A stretch of 64,000 nt of DNA from an uncultured delta proteobacterium (GCA_963790475.1 CAWBOS010000010.1:1824001-1888000), one strand, 5' to 3'; positions 50,884-61,224 are shown, numbered from the stretch's first letter. The notes: generated by a model from the sequence alone, not told the origin. Made by a program: numbers and translations.

Positions 50884-52440
50884 ATGATAAATTTTATTCA
50901 AAAAGTAGTAAGAAAGATCAGCTATCTCGGCCGATCGGGAGAAAAAGTCCACAAAGAAAAAACAGCCGCTACGGAGTCCCCGCCAGAACAGCCACGTTTG
51001 GACCCGGAAAAACGGTCCCATCCCAGAAGGCGCCCCCGGAAAAGAAGCCATCGGAACGCTCCGGGAGCGGGAGCATCATCAACCCCCGCGGCCCCGGCAG
51101 CGGCCGAGCCCTGGCGGAGTTCCCAGTTTAAGGTTTCACCGGCGGAGGGAAAGACCCGCTTTCACGATTTCGACCTCCCTGATCCGCTCCTGCACGCCAT
51201 CCATGATTTGGGGTTCCAGTACTGTACGCCGATCCAGGCCGAAATTCTTCCCAGCGCCCTATCGGGCAAGGACGCCAGCGGCCGGGCCCAGACCGGAACC
51301 GGTAAGACGGCGGCCTTTCTCATCGCTGTTATCGCCCGGATGTTGAACAATCCCATCCACGGTGGGCGGAAGCCCGGAACGCCCCGGGTGCTGGTGATCG
51401 CCCCTACCCGGGAGCTGGTGCTTCAGATATCCGAGGAGGCCCGCCAATTCGTCAAATACACCGATCTCAAAGTAATCTCCGTGTTCGGAGGGATGGATTA
51501 CGAAAAGCAGAGGAAACAACTGGCCGGTGTTCCGGTGGATATCGTGGTGGCCACCCCCGGCCGGCTGCTCGATTTTCAACAGAGACGGGATCTGATCCTG
51601 AACCGAACCGAAGTAATGATCATCGACGAAGCGGACCGGATGCTGGACATGGGATTTATTCCCGATGTCCGGAAGATCATCCACAGCACCCCGCCCAAGG
51701 AAAAGCGTCAGACCCTGCTTTTCAGTGCGACTCTGACCAAAGAGATTACCCGACTGGCCGCCCAATGGACTAATAACCCGGTAACCGTGGATATCGAACC
51801 GGAGCAGGTCGCTGTGGACACCGTGGACCAGATTGTTTACATCGTGACTACGGACCAAAAATTTGCTTTGCTTTACAACATCATCGAAAAGCTAAAGCTA
51901 AAAAAAGTCCTGGTGTTTTGCAACCGGAAAGACGAAGTGAGACGACTGGCGGAGATGCTCACCCGATACGGGATAAACTGTGCGGAACTCTCCGGGGATA
52001 TTCCCCAGAACCAGCGGATCCAGCGTTTGGATCAATTCAAGGCCGGGAAATTTCGGGTGTTGGTGGCCACCGATGTGGCTGGCCGGGGCCTGCACATCGA
52101 GGGCATGGATCATGTGATAAATTATATGCTGCCCCATGATGCGGAAGATTATGTGCACCGGATCGGGCGCACCGGACGGGCAGGGGCCGCGGGGACCTCC
52201 ATCAGCTTCGCCGATGAGGAGGAGGCCTTCTACCTCCCCCCTATCGAGGAATACATGGGCAGAAAATTAAGCTGCATCCAGCCCGATGAAGACTGGCTGA
52301 TTTTGCCAAAACCGACGGGACCCAGGAAACCCCGTACACCGGAATCCGGAAGAAAGGGAGCCGCCTATGGCCGGAGGAAGGGAACTGATTCCAGGGAAAG
52401 GTCGGGAAGAAGGCGGTCCCGACCGCAAGTCGATTCGTGA
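50884..52440 (+). CDS. DEAD-box RNA helicase (RhlB-like)
   Basis: [32 protein letters not shown]. Confidence 0.93.
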   Translation: MINFIQKVVRKISYLGRSGEKVHKEKTAATESPPEQPRLDPEKRSHPRRRPRKRSHRNAPGAGASSTPAAPAAAEPWRSSQFKVSPAEGKTRFHDFDLPDPLLHAIHDLGFQYCTPIQAEILPSALSGKDASGRAQTGTGKTAAFLIAVIARMLNNPIHGGRKPGTPRVLVIAPTRELVLQISEEARQFVKYTDLKVISVFGGMDYEKQRKQLAGVPVDIVVATPGRLLDFQQRRDLILNRTEVMIIDEADRMLDMGFIPDVRKIIHSTPPKEKRQTLLFSATLTKEITRLAAQWTNNPVTVDIEPEQVAVDTVDQIVYIVTTDQKFALLYNIIEKLKLKKVLVFCNRKDEVRRLAEMLTRYGINCAELSGDIPQNQRIQRLDQFKAGKFRVLVATDVAGRGLHIEGMDHVINYMLPHDAEDYVHRIGRTGRAGAAGTSISFADEEEAFYLPPIEEYMGRKLSCIQPDEDWLILPKPTGPRKPRTPESGRKGAAYGRRKGTDSRERSGRRRSRPQVDS

Positions 52441-52528
52441 TTCATCAATTCCATCGAGGCATCATTCAATTCTCATTAGGAAAACAAAACTTGAATGACA
52501 AGCCCCCCCAAATGATTCCTTGACTTCG

Positions 52529-52750
52529 TTAATTGTCCGTCCTTTGCTCGATCAATTTTTCCTTTGATCTTTTGTATTGTTTTTCCGTGATAATCCCTTT
52601 ATTATAGGCATCCTCAAGGTCTTTCAATTCTTGTCCCAACGTGGTGGAGTAAGACTGTGTTTTGACTTCGGCCCCTCCCCCACGACAAGCGGTTAATCCC
52701 AAGGCCATAACGATCATAACAGCGATGGGCCAAAATCTTAAGAGCTTCAT
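52529..52750 (-). CDS. Small SHOCT-domain lipoprotein
   Basis: LTAC lipobox; LKDLEDAYNKGIITEKQYKRSKEKL. Confidence 0.8.
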   Translation of the reverse strand: MKLLRFWPIAVMIVMALGLTACRGGGAEVKTQSYSTTLGQELKDLEDAYNKGIITEKQYKRSKEKLIEQRTDN

Positions 52751-53059
52751 AGTAAGATTCTCCTTATTCTGATGTATTGGATAAGAATTTCTAACCCCTT
52801 TTTCTAATTTTCTTTAGGAATTGGACTATATCAATTTCTTATAAGGCCCTTTTTTATCTTATTTTTTTAAAAGTTTCACTAAGATTTATATAGTCACTCC
52901 TTCCAGACCCCATTTTTCAAAGAGAATTATTTGCCAATTTCAATAAAAATTCCCTTCTATTAACATCATCAGGTTATAGCATGTTTCTCCTATTCCCAAA
53001 GGTCCACTTGGTGGAGCTTGTTTTCATCCCGGCGCTTGCGCCACGGCACGACCGCCCTA

Positions 53060-53091
53060 CCCTGGCTATCCGCTGGAGCGATAGGTCACCC
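53060..53091 (-). other. Degenerate, partial terminal attC
   Basis: Minus strand GGGTGAC CTATC GCTCCAGC GGA overlapping the GNAT stop; second half not recognisable. Confidence 0.35.
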
Positions 53092-53523
53092 CGTTCTCTC
53101 CATGTCAACGTAGACGTCGCTACGGCTGGTTTCTATGAAGCCATGTCGTTTGTAGAGCTCCTGCACGCGGTTGCACACAAGAGTGTGGATGCGTATTGGT
53201 TTCCTAATAATCTCGGCCCGATCAAGCTCCCAGCGCAAGATCAGGGAGCCAATCCCCTGGTTTTGGAATTCGGGAAGAACCAGCAGTTCATGCAAGAAGA
53301 CATGGTCGTCATGTTCGGAAGACCAAACCCCGGCGATCGATCGGCCCGCGAGTTCAGCGATTCTGAACGCGGCTTGTTGAAGCTTTAAATCAAAGCGTTG
53401 CTTTTGAGCGCTATCATCCCAAACGCCAAACTGCTGCTTCACAACATCCTCGTACGCCAGGCGGTTAAGCGCTCGAAGGAAATCACGATCTTCCAATGTG
53501 GCAACGCGGAGTTGTATATCCAT
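53086..53523 (-). CDS. GNAT acetyltransferase (cassette)
   Basis: LLVLPEFQNQGIGS, LYKRHGF; ATG 53523 follows the attC end. Confidence 0.85.
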   Translation of the reverse strand: MDIQLRVATLEDRDFLRALNRLAYEDVVKQQFGVWDDSAQKQRFDLKLQQAAFRIAELAGRSIAGVWSSEHDDHVFLHELLVLPEFQNQGIGSLILRWELDRAEIIRKPIRIHTLVCNRVQELYKRHGFIETSRSDVYVDMERTG

Positions 53524-53537
53524 CGATTTATTCCACT

Positions 53538-53588
53538 GCCTAACGTGAGCATCTGCGGCAGCGATCAGCCGACTGTAGCCTGTTGTCA
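53538..53588 (-). other. attC site (degenerate)
   Basis: Minus strand TGACAAC ... GTTAGGC. Confidence 0.6.
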
Positions 53589-53655
53589 TGCCATGAGAGT
53601 CAGTCTCGCTAAGTAATTGCCGTCCCCTTCGTCGTAAAGCACTTCTGATTCCTAG

Positions 53656-55638
53656 CCCATCTTCCGCAGTTAGAAAGCATGGAAGACGCGATATCAAATA
53701 GTTACGACAAGAATTAGGGCATTTTCTTCACTACATTTTCAATAATTTTTGGTTTGTTGGGGAGCAGAATTTTCAATCTCTGAAGCAGCACTTTGAGTTC
53801 CTTTGAGGGAGTAGCCACCATTCTGAGCCGGAGGGTTCTCTCCCGCGCCGGTAGTAGCACATCCAAAGATTTCAATTCCCGCAACTCCTCCAACAGCTTT
53901 CTTGGGGCGGTACCGAGTCCCGAGGCTTTCATCCATTGCTGGAGCGTTCGCCACATAGTCAGCGCCAAGAAGCAGACCAGGATATGAGCCTGGGTCCGTT
54001 CCTGTTTTTGATGGAAGATCGGTCGCATTCCCAGATCATGTTTCTCGGTACGGAATGAATCTTCCACTTCCGTCAGTTGGATGTAGGTATTCCATAGGAC
54101 TTTCGGGTCACTTTCGGTCCAGTTGGTGCGCAGGATGTAGCTACCGCCGGTCTCCAAGGCCCACTGTTGCCGTTGTTCGTTCTTCTTGACTTCTAGGGAA
54201 AGCGGTGCGTCTTTTCCGGTACCGGTCTCTATGACTGTAATATTGAACAACGAGGCCGCACGTTTATTTTGTTCCAGCAGTCGCCCTATTCTCCGCTCGA
54301 CTTTCTGCTTGTCTCGGAGCTTGCCGGTTTCGGCCTGGCGGGCCAGGTGATCCAGTTGGCTTTCCAGTCGGGTCAAAAAGTGGTTTAGAATGGCGTTTTC
54401 TTTCTCCTTCCGGCCTTGAGACCGGCACAGGACAAAGATTTCATCCGTTCCTTCCGGCGAGCAACAGAGCTTGACCTCAACATCAGGTTGGACCGCTTCC
54501 CAGTTCTGTTCGAAAAGCTGCTGCTCAAACTTCTTCAGCATCACTTTTGGGGTGCCGACCAAATAGCGGGCACCGACTTTGCGCATAAACTCCAGATTCT
54601 CCTCACTCACCATGCCGCGATCCATAACCCAGATCCGGTTGGCTTGGCCGTATTTGGCCTCCATCATCTGAACCATCTCTTGGGTCGTCGTAACATCCGG
54701 TCGATTGCCGTCAAAAACCTCAAAGGCTATGGGAAAGCCCTCTCGGGTGGCCACCAGGCCGATGCAGACCTGGGGACAATCTGGACGACTGTCCCGGCTG
54801 TAACCCCTCTTGGCCTGGGCATTGCCCTTGGCGGTCCCCTCAAAATAGGTGGAGGTTATGTCATAAAACAAAAAATCAAAGCTACTGCCGAACAGTTCCC
54901 CATAACGCTCCTGAAGGTGACGGCTTAAGGCATCCTTGTGGGGAAGCAAGGCATCCAGGGCACGATAAAGCCGATCCTCATTGATCTTATAGTCGGCCAC
55001 TCCCAGCAGATCGTCTAAGGCCGTCTGGCCATACCAAAACTCGGCCATCTGTAATTCCGACGATGGGGCGCAAAAGCGTCCAAGAACTAAAATAGACGCC
55101 ATGATCGACCAAGGAATCTCTTCCCGGTTGGAAGGAATATGATCTCGGCAGAACCTGGCAAGCCCCAGTTTGTTCCACAAAAGCAACCCCAAATAGACAT
55201 CGCCGAAGCCTCTGAGTCGCTCGACGCTTACGCCATGGATATTGACCGTGGCCCAAGATGGGGGGTCTTCCCCCTGCTCAAACAGTTCAGGTCCAGGTAG
55301 AGGCTTTCCGGAAAGAATCCGTCCGATCTCCTCCCAACCTATCCGCTCTTCCCGATCAAGGCCAGGAAGTTTCCCTATCGTCGCCACTACTCGCTGACGG
55401 GGCCCTCGGGCAGTACGGACCGACTCAACTAAAAGCCAGCTCTCGTACTCCGCTCCACCTTTCTTTTTGGTCGCACGCCGGAGATACATAACCCCATTAT
55501 CTCCGTTCCCACAGCACCTGGCAAGGGGGTGGTCTTCACTACATCCAATTTTCAAAGATCAGGACTTGAAATCATTTAACAATTCCTGAAAATTCATCAC
55601 GTTTTTCTTGATTTTTTCTCCAAACTGCGGAAGATGGG
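53656..55638 (-). mobile_element. IS1634-family insertion sequence, 1983 bp
   Basis: Perfect 16-bp TIR CCCATCTTCCGCAGTT / AACTGCGGAAGATGGG; CTAG duplicated at 53652-53655 and 55639-55642. Confidence 0.92.
53714..55489 (-). CDS. IS1634-family DDE transposase
   Basis: MYLRR...LVESVR..GPRQR; YDITSTYFEG; GYSRDSRPD; VMDRGM; VEDSFR..K; RPIFHQ. Confidence 0.92.
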   Translation of the reverse strand: MYLRRATKKKGGAEYESWLLVESVRTARGPRQRVVATIGKLPGLDREERIGWEEIGRILSGKPLPGPELFEQGEDPPSWATVNIHGVSVERLRGFGDVYLGLLLWNKLGLARFCRDHIPSNREEIPWSIMASILVLGRFCAPSSELQMAEFWYGQTALDDLLGVADYKINEDRLYRALDALLPHKDALSRHLQERYGELFGSSFDFLFYDITSTYFEGTAKGNAQAKRGYSRDSRPDCPQVCIGLVATREGFPIAFEVFDGNRPDVTTTQEMVQMMEAKYGQANRIWVMDRGMVSEENLEFMRKVGARYLVGTPKVMLKKFEQQLFEQNWEAVQPDVEVKLCCSPEGTDEIFVLCRSQGRKEKENAILNHFLTRLESQLDHLARQAETGKLRDKQKVERRIGRLLEQNKRAASLFNITVIETGTGKDAPLSLEVKKNEQRQQWALETGGSYILRTNWTESDPKVLWNTYIQLTEVEDSFRTEKHDLGMRPIFHQKQERTQAHILVCFLALTMWRTLQQWMKASGLGTAPRKLLEELRELKSLDVLLPARERTLRLRMVATPSKELKVLLQRLKILLPNKPKIIENVVKKMP

Positions 55639-56310
55639 CTAGCCGCAAAGACGAGCTCTTTCGGAAAGTGTCTGTGGGTCAATGTAAAGCCACCGAAGTT
55701 CCTCTCCTACGATACCGTGGTATACAAACCGAAAGCGTACCTCTCCCGGGTAACCTCTTCCGGTTCTTAGATTCTCATCATCGTTAAAAACCCCGCTACG
55801 TCCCATGTCTAAGGACGTCAATAACACCTGGCCGATTGGATTAAGCAGTTCCCGGCATTTAACAAAGACCCTGTCAAGCCCATTAAGGGTTCCCGCAAAT
55901 CCGATGGTCCGGCCGAGAAACAGCAGGGTGTCGTAACCTTCGGCCGGCAGTTCATAAAAGTTGATTTCCCTTACATCCGAAAGCCCCAGGCCGCGCATGA
56001 TGGAAACAGCTTCCGGTAGCACATCTATGGCTGTTACCTCAAAACCCGCCTTTTCCAGATAACGGGCGTGTAGTCCACTTCCCGCCCCCACGTCTAACAC
56101 GCGACCACGACAATGTTTGAGGGCAAAGGCATCGCCGCCGTAATAGTCAGGTTCACGAAAGAAAGCCTGGACGGGTATCAGCTCGCTGACCCCATTCCAA
56201 TAGCGTTTTTCCAGCACCCCGGCTGTGTTTCCCTGGATAAATTCTTTCTAAGCGATACCATAGGGATCTTTTGGAACTACATTCATTTTTTGCTATTCAT
56301 CTTTCCAATG

Positions 56311-56376
56311 CCCTAACGATCTCGGTTCACGGACAGCTCCGCCGTACTTTGCGACCGTATGTTTTGTTTGTTATTT
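56311..56376 (-). other. attC site (R''/L'' half degraded)
   Basis: Minus strand ...CCGTGAACC GAGATC GTTAGGG. Confidence 0.5.
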
Positions 56377-57066
56377 TTCCCAGCCTTCTTTGATGGCCTG
56401 AAATGCCTCGATCATTCGTGGATCACGAGGGAGTCTCTCATCGGGGAGTCCCTGTTCTTTTGTGTCACTTATGATGAGAATTCCACCGGCCTTGATTCCC
56501 ACGGCCTGTGCGCAATGGCAAAAAGCCGCGAACTCCAATTCCAAGGCGATGGCGTCAAGATCCATTTGGGTCTCGTCACCGTGCCAGAACGTTGCCGGGA
56601 CACTGACGCTCTTTCCTCTCCGAAAGGGAATGTGCCGCCGTTCTAAAGCCGCCGATATCATTTCGACCATATCCGGACTGGGGGTCGTGTATGGATCTGC
56701 ACCAAGCTTGACCGACACGCCATCCAGGGTTTGCACCTGCGTCGGTACAATGCAATCTCCGACTCTCATATCATTTGAAATTCCAAAGGCAGTCCCGAAG
56801 AAGACGATCTCCTTCACATTCCCATCTTTAAGGATTGTCACCAGGTCACACATGATGGGAGCGCCATAAAGTTGAAACAGGATTGTGGCGCCCCCTTTTT
56901 CTCCGTCGACGAGATATCGTTCGGATACAACATATTGGTGAAAGAGCACCTTCCCGAAAGTATTGACTACGGCATCGACTTTCGGCCTGGTGCTAGGACC
57001 GGCAAACAAGTATGCACGAGGCGGCAATGTCTTAACCCCGAACTCACTTTCGGCCCATTTTCCCAT
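56371..57066 (-). CDS. Nucleoside phosphorylase (PNP/UDP) family protein (cassette)
   Basis: YGAP, IVFFGTAFGI, GDCIVP, ALELEFAAF, IISD. Confidence 0.75.
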   Translation of the reverse strand: MGKWAESEFGVKTLPPRAYLFAGPSTRPKVDAVVNTFGKVLFHQYVVSERYLVDGEKGGATILFQLYGAPIMCDLVTILKDGNVKEIVFFGTAFGISNDMRVGDCIVPTQVQTLDGVSVKLGADPYTTPSPDMVEMISAALERRHIPFRRGKSVSVPATFWHGDETQMDLDAIALELEFAAFCHCAQAVGIKAGGILIISDTKEQGLPDERLPRDPRMIEAFQAIKEGWEK

Positions 57067-57080
57067 ATCTTGATCCTCTA

Positions 57081-57145
57081 GTTCAACGGATAGTTTCACC
57101 GGGAACCGCGGGTTATCCGCGATCTGGTGAGACGCCTCGTTGATC
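57081..57145 (-). other. attC site
   Basis: Minus strand GATCAAC GAGGC GTCTCACC ... GGTGAAA CTATCC GTTGAAC. Confidence 0.78.
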
Positions 57146-57149
57146 GATT

Positions 57150-57887
57150 CTATTTTTGTGCTACGACGATCAGTCTGCGACTTGATTCCTTGTCATAAGG
57201 GGTCGATTCCCAGTCACCGAAAAATTCCACTTTATCAAATCCGGCTTCACTCAGTAGTTTCTTCCAGGAATCCTGCAGGCGGATTCTAATACGAACAGTC
57301 GTATACCGAAAATCGGTGATCTCCTGGGTGTGAACGAAATCGAATATGATAAACGTTTGAATGTCCCCTGCGTAGTCAATCACAAAGAGCCTTGTATAAT
57401 CACGATTATTAATGACCGGATCAAAGCGAGGCGGATTCCGCATAGTTGCATCAGAATTCCCTTGGTCAAACACAAGAATCCCGCCGGGGCGCAGCACCGT
57501 TTTCATGCTTAGCAACGCCCGAAGGGTCTCGGCATCTTCCAGAGGTTCATCAATCGCACTGGTAAGGCAGACCACGGCATCGAATTCCGTTGTGTAATGA
57601 TTTGGTAGTTCGCAATAGTTGGCCTTCTGGACAGGAATCTCGACATGTGCCTCTTCAATGTTTTTTCGAGCCCGAGCAAGCATGGCATCTGACAGGTCAG
57701 ATCCGAATACCAATACCCCCATCTTGTGGAACATGATCAAGTCTACACCGGTACCACAGGCACAATCCAGAACCTTCGATACCCTGTGTTTCTCGAATAG
57801 CTGCCGGAAGAACTGTTCACGAGCAGGATTACTCCCCTTCATCCAGTCATACCGCTCAGCAAACCCTTCATAGGTATCTTTCAGCAT
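57150..57887 (-). CDS. Class I SAM-dependent methyltransferase (cassette)
   Basis: VLDCACGTG, GSDLS, FDAVVC, LRPGG. Confidence 0.9.
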   Translation of the reverse strand: MLKDTYEGFAERYDWMKGSNPAREQFFRQLFEKHRVSKVLDCACGTGVDLIMFHKMGVLVFGSDLSDAMLARARKNIEEAHVEIPVQKANYCELPNHYTTEFDAVVCLTSAIDEPLEDAETLRALLSMKTVLRPGGILVFDQGNSDATMRNPPRFDPVINNRDYTRLFVIDYAGDIQTFIIFDFVHTQEITDFRYTTVRIRIRLQDSWKKLLSEAGFDKVEFFGDWESTPYDKESSRRLIVVAQK

Positions 57888-57901
57888 ATTCCTTTTCCCT
57901 T

Positions 57902-57958
57902 GCCCAACACGGCCATCAGCGGGAGTTCCCAGCGAATCGCTGCATGTCGACGTTAGTC
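57902..57958 (-). other. attC site, canonical, 57 bp
   Basis: GACTAAC GTCGA CATGCAGC ... GCTGATG GCCGT GTTGGGC, with an extrahelical G in L''. Confidence 0.88.
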
Positions 57959-57961
57959 GAT

Positions 57962-58025
57962 TTCCGATCGCCTGCGTCACCCGGAGCCGGCTGTTTCGGC
58001 GATCGGGTGCACGCGGTTATTGGGC
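57962..58025 (-). other. attC site with non-canonical AAT core
   Basis: GCCCAAT AACCG CGTGCACC ... GGTGACG CAGGCG ATCGGAA. Confidence 0.78.
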
Positions 58026-58799
58026 CTTACCGTTTTTCGGCCCAGAATTGCTACTGCCACCAAGCGATCCGTGGAGCCGACCGCCTTTGCTGAAGTCATA
58101 GTCGCCAAAATACTCGATTTCGCTAAACCCAGCGGCAACGAGAAGTGCCCTCAACTCCTTCTGTGTCCAGCACTTCATCTCAAAGTCAAAGAGGGCAGTT
58201 TCTTCACCCTGCGACGCTTGTAACACATGGGTTTCTGAGACTAACAAAGAGAGGGTTTCCGGTCGGAGTTTGGTGACACTGCGGAACGTGAGGCTTCCCT
58301 TTTCTGTTATGACCGTCTTTTCGAGAATCGGATTTACCGTCTTTCGGATGACCGTCGAGTCCCATTCTCTTACGTCTATAATCATGATTCCACCTTCCGG
58401 CATCACGCGAGCAAAAGAGGGGAAGACTGCCCAGCGAGAATCGCTCTTGACAAGGTCGTTGAGCACCCCGCGACAGAGAATGGCATCAACAAAGATCTCT
58501 TCCGGCAATTCGAGGATGTCGCCAACCACGAAATCAACAGAGGTGCCAGCCATAGAACTTTTTCTTTTGGCCTCTGCGATCAGTTCCGCGGAAGAATCAA
58601 TGCCGATCACATAAAATCCTCTTTCTGCCATTGCAATAGCGTAGGTACCGGTACCACACCCAGCGTCAAGCAAACGTGCGCCGGTCGCCACTTGTCTCTG
58701 CCGGAGCTGTGCCACGATGAAGTCAGCCCTTTCTTTCACCGGCCCTTCAACCAGCGAGTCATAAGCCCAAGCAAAAGTCGAATAGAATGGCCTCTTCAT
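58017..58799 (-). CDS. Class I SAM-dependent methyltransferase (nested cassette; probable C-terminal frameshift)
   Basis: LLDAGCGTG, GIDSS, GDI. Confidence 0.88.
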   Translation of the reverse strand: MKRPFYSTFAWAYDSLVEGPVKERADFIVAQLRQRQVATGARLLDAGCGTGTYAIAMAERGFYVIGIDSSAELIAEAKRKSSMAGTSVDFVVGDILELPEEIFVDAILCRGVLNDLVKSDSRWAVFPSFARVMPEGGIMIIDVREWDSTVIRKTVNPILEKTVITEKGSLTFRSVTKLRPETLSLLVSETHVLQASQGEETALFDFEMKCWTQKELRALLVAAGFSEIEYFGDYDFSKGGRLHGSLGGSSNSGPKNGKAQ

Positions 58800-58813
58800 T
58801 TTCCCTTCGTGGC

Positions 58814-59371
58814 TCAATCTATTGATATTTCCTTCTTTGCATCAATGATAATGGAAACCATTCCTAGCTTTTTAAGTGAATTCCTTGTATCAAATCTGAA
58901 TGATCTTCCTATCTTCCCATCTATCTCATTCCAATATCTATGATGAAAAACACCATCCTCATCACAATATTCAAGCAATTCACATTTAAATCCAGCTTCA
59001 TTTAATATTTCTAACAACTTATCATAAGTATACAATACCTTATGTGATGCCGCAGGATGATCCGAAGGTCCTGGTCCTCCTACCTTCACCATGTTTTGGT
59101 ACCATTCATTTCGAAAATTACCATCTGGCACAGCAATTCGAATCATGCCTCCAGCTTTTAGATACGCATAACAGATCTTAGCAGCGATCAATCCTTCATC
59201 AAAAGTCAGATGCTCCCATACATGCTCGGCCAAAAGATGGGTAATGGTTCCTTTTTCAAATTTCCTTGCCCATGTAGATTCATCCAATAGATTCAATTCA
59301 TCTTCTTGTGTGGATATCCAGCCATCAACGGTAATAGCCCCCGCTCCAATTATTACTTTCTGATAAACCAT
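58814..59371 (-). CDS. SAM methyltransferase-like protein (cassette)
   Basis: IIGAG, AEHVWEHL, LKAGGMIRIAVPD; AT-rich. Confidence 0.8.
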   Translation of the reverse strand: MVYQKVIIGAGAITVDGWISTQEDELNLLDESTWARKFEKGTITHLLAEHVWEHLTFDEGLIAAKICYAYLKAGGMIRIAVPDGNFRNEWYQNMVKVGGPGPSDHPAASHKVLYTYDKLLEILNEAGFKCELLEYCDEDGVFHHRYWNEIDGKIGRSFRFDTRNSLKKLGMVSIIIDAKKEISID

Positions 59372-59399
59372 ATTCTATCCTCACGCGTGGGAAGCGTCC

Positions 59400-59467
59400 G
59401 ACTAACGTCACGCTAACGGGAAAGCGGGCGTCTTTCCCCGCCGATCCGGTTCAGCAAGTGGTTAGGC
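59400..59467 (-). other. attC site
   Basis: GCCTAAC CACTT GCTGAACC ... CGTTAGC GTGAC GTTAGTC. Confidence 0.88.
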
Positions 59468-59472
59468 ATTCA

Positions 59473-60018
59473 CTATTTCAATTCATTCCGAAGTCCAAGA
59501 ATAAAATCACGAGCATACGCTGTCTTCTCTTCTGCTTGCAGTTTGCCTTCCGGCGTCTGGAAAACGATACGATCAAGGTTATGCTCAAAGATATCTGCCG
59601 TCATCTCGTACGCCTGCCCTCTCGCCCCACCCGTCGTAAAGGCCTTTGCTATCCCGAAAGCACCTAACACTTCCATGTAATTTGCGTCATGAATGATCTT
59701 TTCTTCTGGAGTCCGAGGGTTCTTCAGATGGGTAAGTAGCGATTCAAATGCCTCTTCAATCTCGCTTTGTTGCCACTTGAGGTCACCAAGAAATGAGAAG
59801 ACATTATTTCGAAAGGTCATGTCGTTTCGGATGTGCTCTCCAAGCCCATGGAAGCATGCCAGAAAGCAAAGTCTATGCGGCACCGGATTCATTTCCTGTG
59901 AGATGGATGGTAGACGCGAAATAATCCGCTGTATATGGCGGAAATCATGTCCGGCATCTCTTCCTTCATAATACCGACGGACAAATTGCAGATAAACTTC
60001 AATCTCATTCCTATCCAT
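59473..60018 (-). CDS. HD-domain-like protein with degenerate HD motif (cassette)
   Basis: DAGHDFRHIQRI, ACFHG, IIHDANYMEVLGAFGIA. Confidence 0.75.
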   Translation of the reverse strand: MDRNEIEVYLQFVRRYYEGRDAGHDFRHIQRIISRLPSISQEMNPVPHRLCFLACFHGLGEHIRNDMTFRNNVFSFLGDLKWQQSEIEEAFESLLTHLKNPRTPEEKIIHDANYMEVLGAFGIAKAFTTGGARGQAYEMTADIFEHNLDRIVFQTPEGKLQAEEKTAYARDFILGLRNELK

Positions 60019-60027
60019 CTTATGTTG

Positions 60028-60099
60028 GCCTAACCTATTTCTCACTTGTCCGGTGTAAAGCGCAGCATAACATCGGTCAGGTGAAGAAAATTATTAAGT
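60028..60099 (-). other. attC site (R'' ACTTAAT)
   Basis: ACTTAAT AATTT TCTTCACC TGA ... AGTGAGA AATAG GTTAGGC. Confidence 0.75.
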
Positions 60100-60588
60100 G
60101 TTAGATTCATCATTTCGCCACATTTTAATGTTGTATGTATCAAAGCCAAGTTTTTCAAAAAACCTTTGGGCAATCCCATTAAAATTCCATGTATCAAGGG
60201 CGAAGTTAAGAAACCCCTTCCCCCTTGCAATGGTCTGCATTTCGTTAAAAAGCGCATTTCCGATATGTTGACGTCTGAATCCTTCGTGAACGACTATGTG
60301 ATGAATATAAACTTGTTTTCTTTCATATGTGAGTGGATCTTCCGGTTTATCAATAAATGTTGCCCATAAGTACCCCACAGGAGTTCCTCCTACATAGGCA
60401 ACCAAAATAAAATTTGTTTCTTTATTTAAGATAGAATCGAAGAATTTATTAAGATTTTCATCATTTCCTACGGGCTTAAAAATATCTGGATGATTTTCAA
60501 AATGAATTTTCTGGACAAATGAATTTAGAAAAACGATATCGGGGATATCTTTCTTCTTTGCTTTAATAATATCCATTTGTAGTCCCAT
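60094..60588 (-). CDS. GNAT acetyltransferase (cassette)
   Basis: IVVHEGFRRQHIGNAL, NGIAQRFFEKLGF. Confidence 0.88.
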   Translation of the reverse strand: MGLQMDIIKAKKKDIPDIVFLNSFVQKIHFENHPDIFKPVGNDENLNKFFDSILNKETNFILVAYVGGTPVGYLWATFIDKPEDPLTYERKQVYIHHIVVHEGFRRQHIGNALFNEMQTIARGKGFLNFALDTWNFNGIAQRFFEKLGFDTYNIKMWRNDESNT

Positions 60589-60592
60589 TGAT

Positions 60593-60663
60593 ACTTAACA
60601 CCAAAGTTCACCTGCATTTTGCAGTGAAACGAAAAAGATGTCAGGTGGAATAATTGGTTCGAC
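60593..60663 (-). other. attC site
   Basis: GTCGAAC CAATT ATTCCACC TG ... CAGGTGAAC TTTGGT GTTAAGT. Confidence 0.8.
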
Positions 60664-60685
60664 AGGTTTTGTTATTCCCGGACTT

Positions 60686-61207
60686 TTATATTGATCGCTT
60701 CAACCGATAAAACACATGACGTTGATTATTTTTCACAATATCAGTCTCATAGCAAAAACCTACCTTTTCCATTACCCTGATCGACGCTTGATTGTTTTGT
60801 GCAGTATAACAAACTAATTCGGGTAGCCTTAACTCCTCAAAAGCAACTGAAATTGTTGTTTCAGCCATTTCAGTTGCCAACCCTCGACCCGAAAAATCTG
60901 AGAGTAGCTTGTAACCGACTTCGACTTCATCTCTATTATTGAGAATCATACGTCTAAGGCCACAACGACCGATGAAACAATCACTTGTCTTTTCAAATAC
61001 TACCCATTCACCATATCCGTATTGATTCCAATACGTTAATTGCTGCTCTAAGAAAGATCTTGTCTCAATATTGTTACGAATTCCCCCAAGGGTTGCCATT
61101 ACTTTAGGATCACTGTGCAGAGCGCATAAATCAGTTAAATGGTCCTGGTTGATCCGCTGAAGAAACAATCGCTCGGTTTGAATTCTATCTATGGATTCAG
61201 AAAACAT
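60686..61207 (-). CDS. RimJ/RimL-type GNAT acetyltransferase (cassette)
   Basis: IQTERL, EVGY, GRGLATE, NQASIRVMEKVGF. Confidence 0.9.
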   Translation of the reverse strand: MFSESIDRIQTERLFLQRINQDHLTDLCALHSDPKVMATLGGIRNNIETRSFLEQQLTYWNQYGYGEWVVFEKTSDCFIGRCGLRRMILNNRDEVEVGYKLLSDFSGRGLATEMAETTISVAFEELRLPELVCYTAQNNQASIRVMEKVGFCYETDIVKNNQRHVFYRLKRSI

Positions 61208-61224
61208 ATATAAATCCTTAATCA

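Larger units (their letters stand above)
53586..56286 (-). pseudogene. Class I SAM methyltransferase cassette gene disrupted by IS1634, with two in-frame TAG codons and a frameshift
   Basis: MNVVPKDPYGIA*KEF...; VLDVGAGSG; ...ARLCG* [IS] ESEVLYDEGDGNYLARLTLMA*. Confidence 0.8.
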
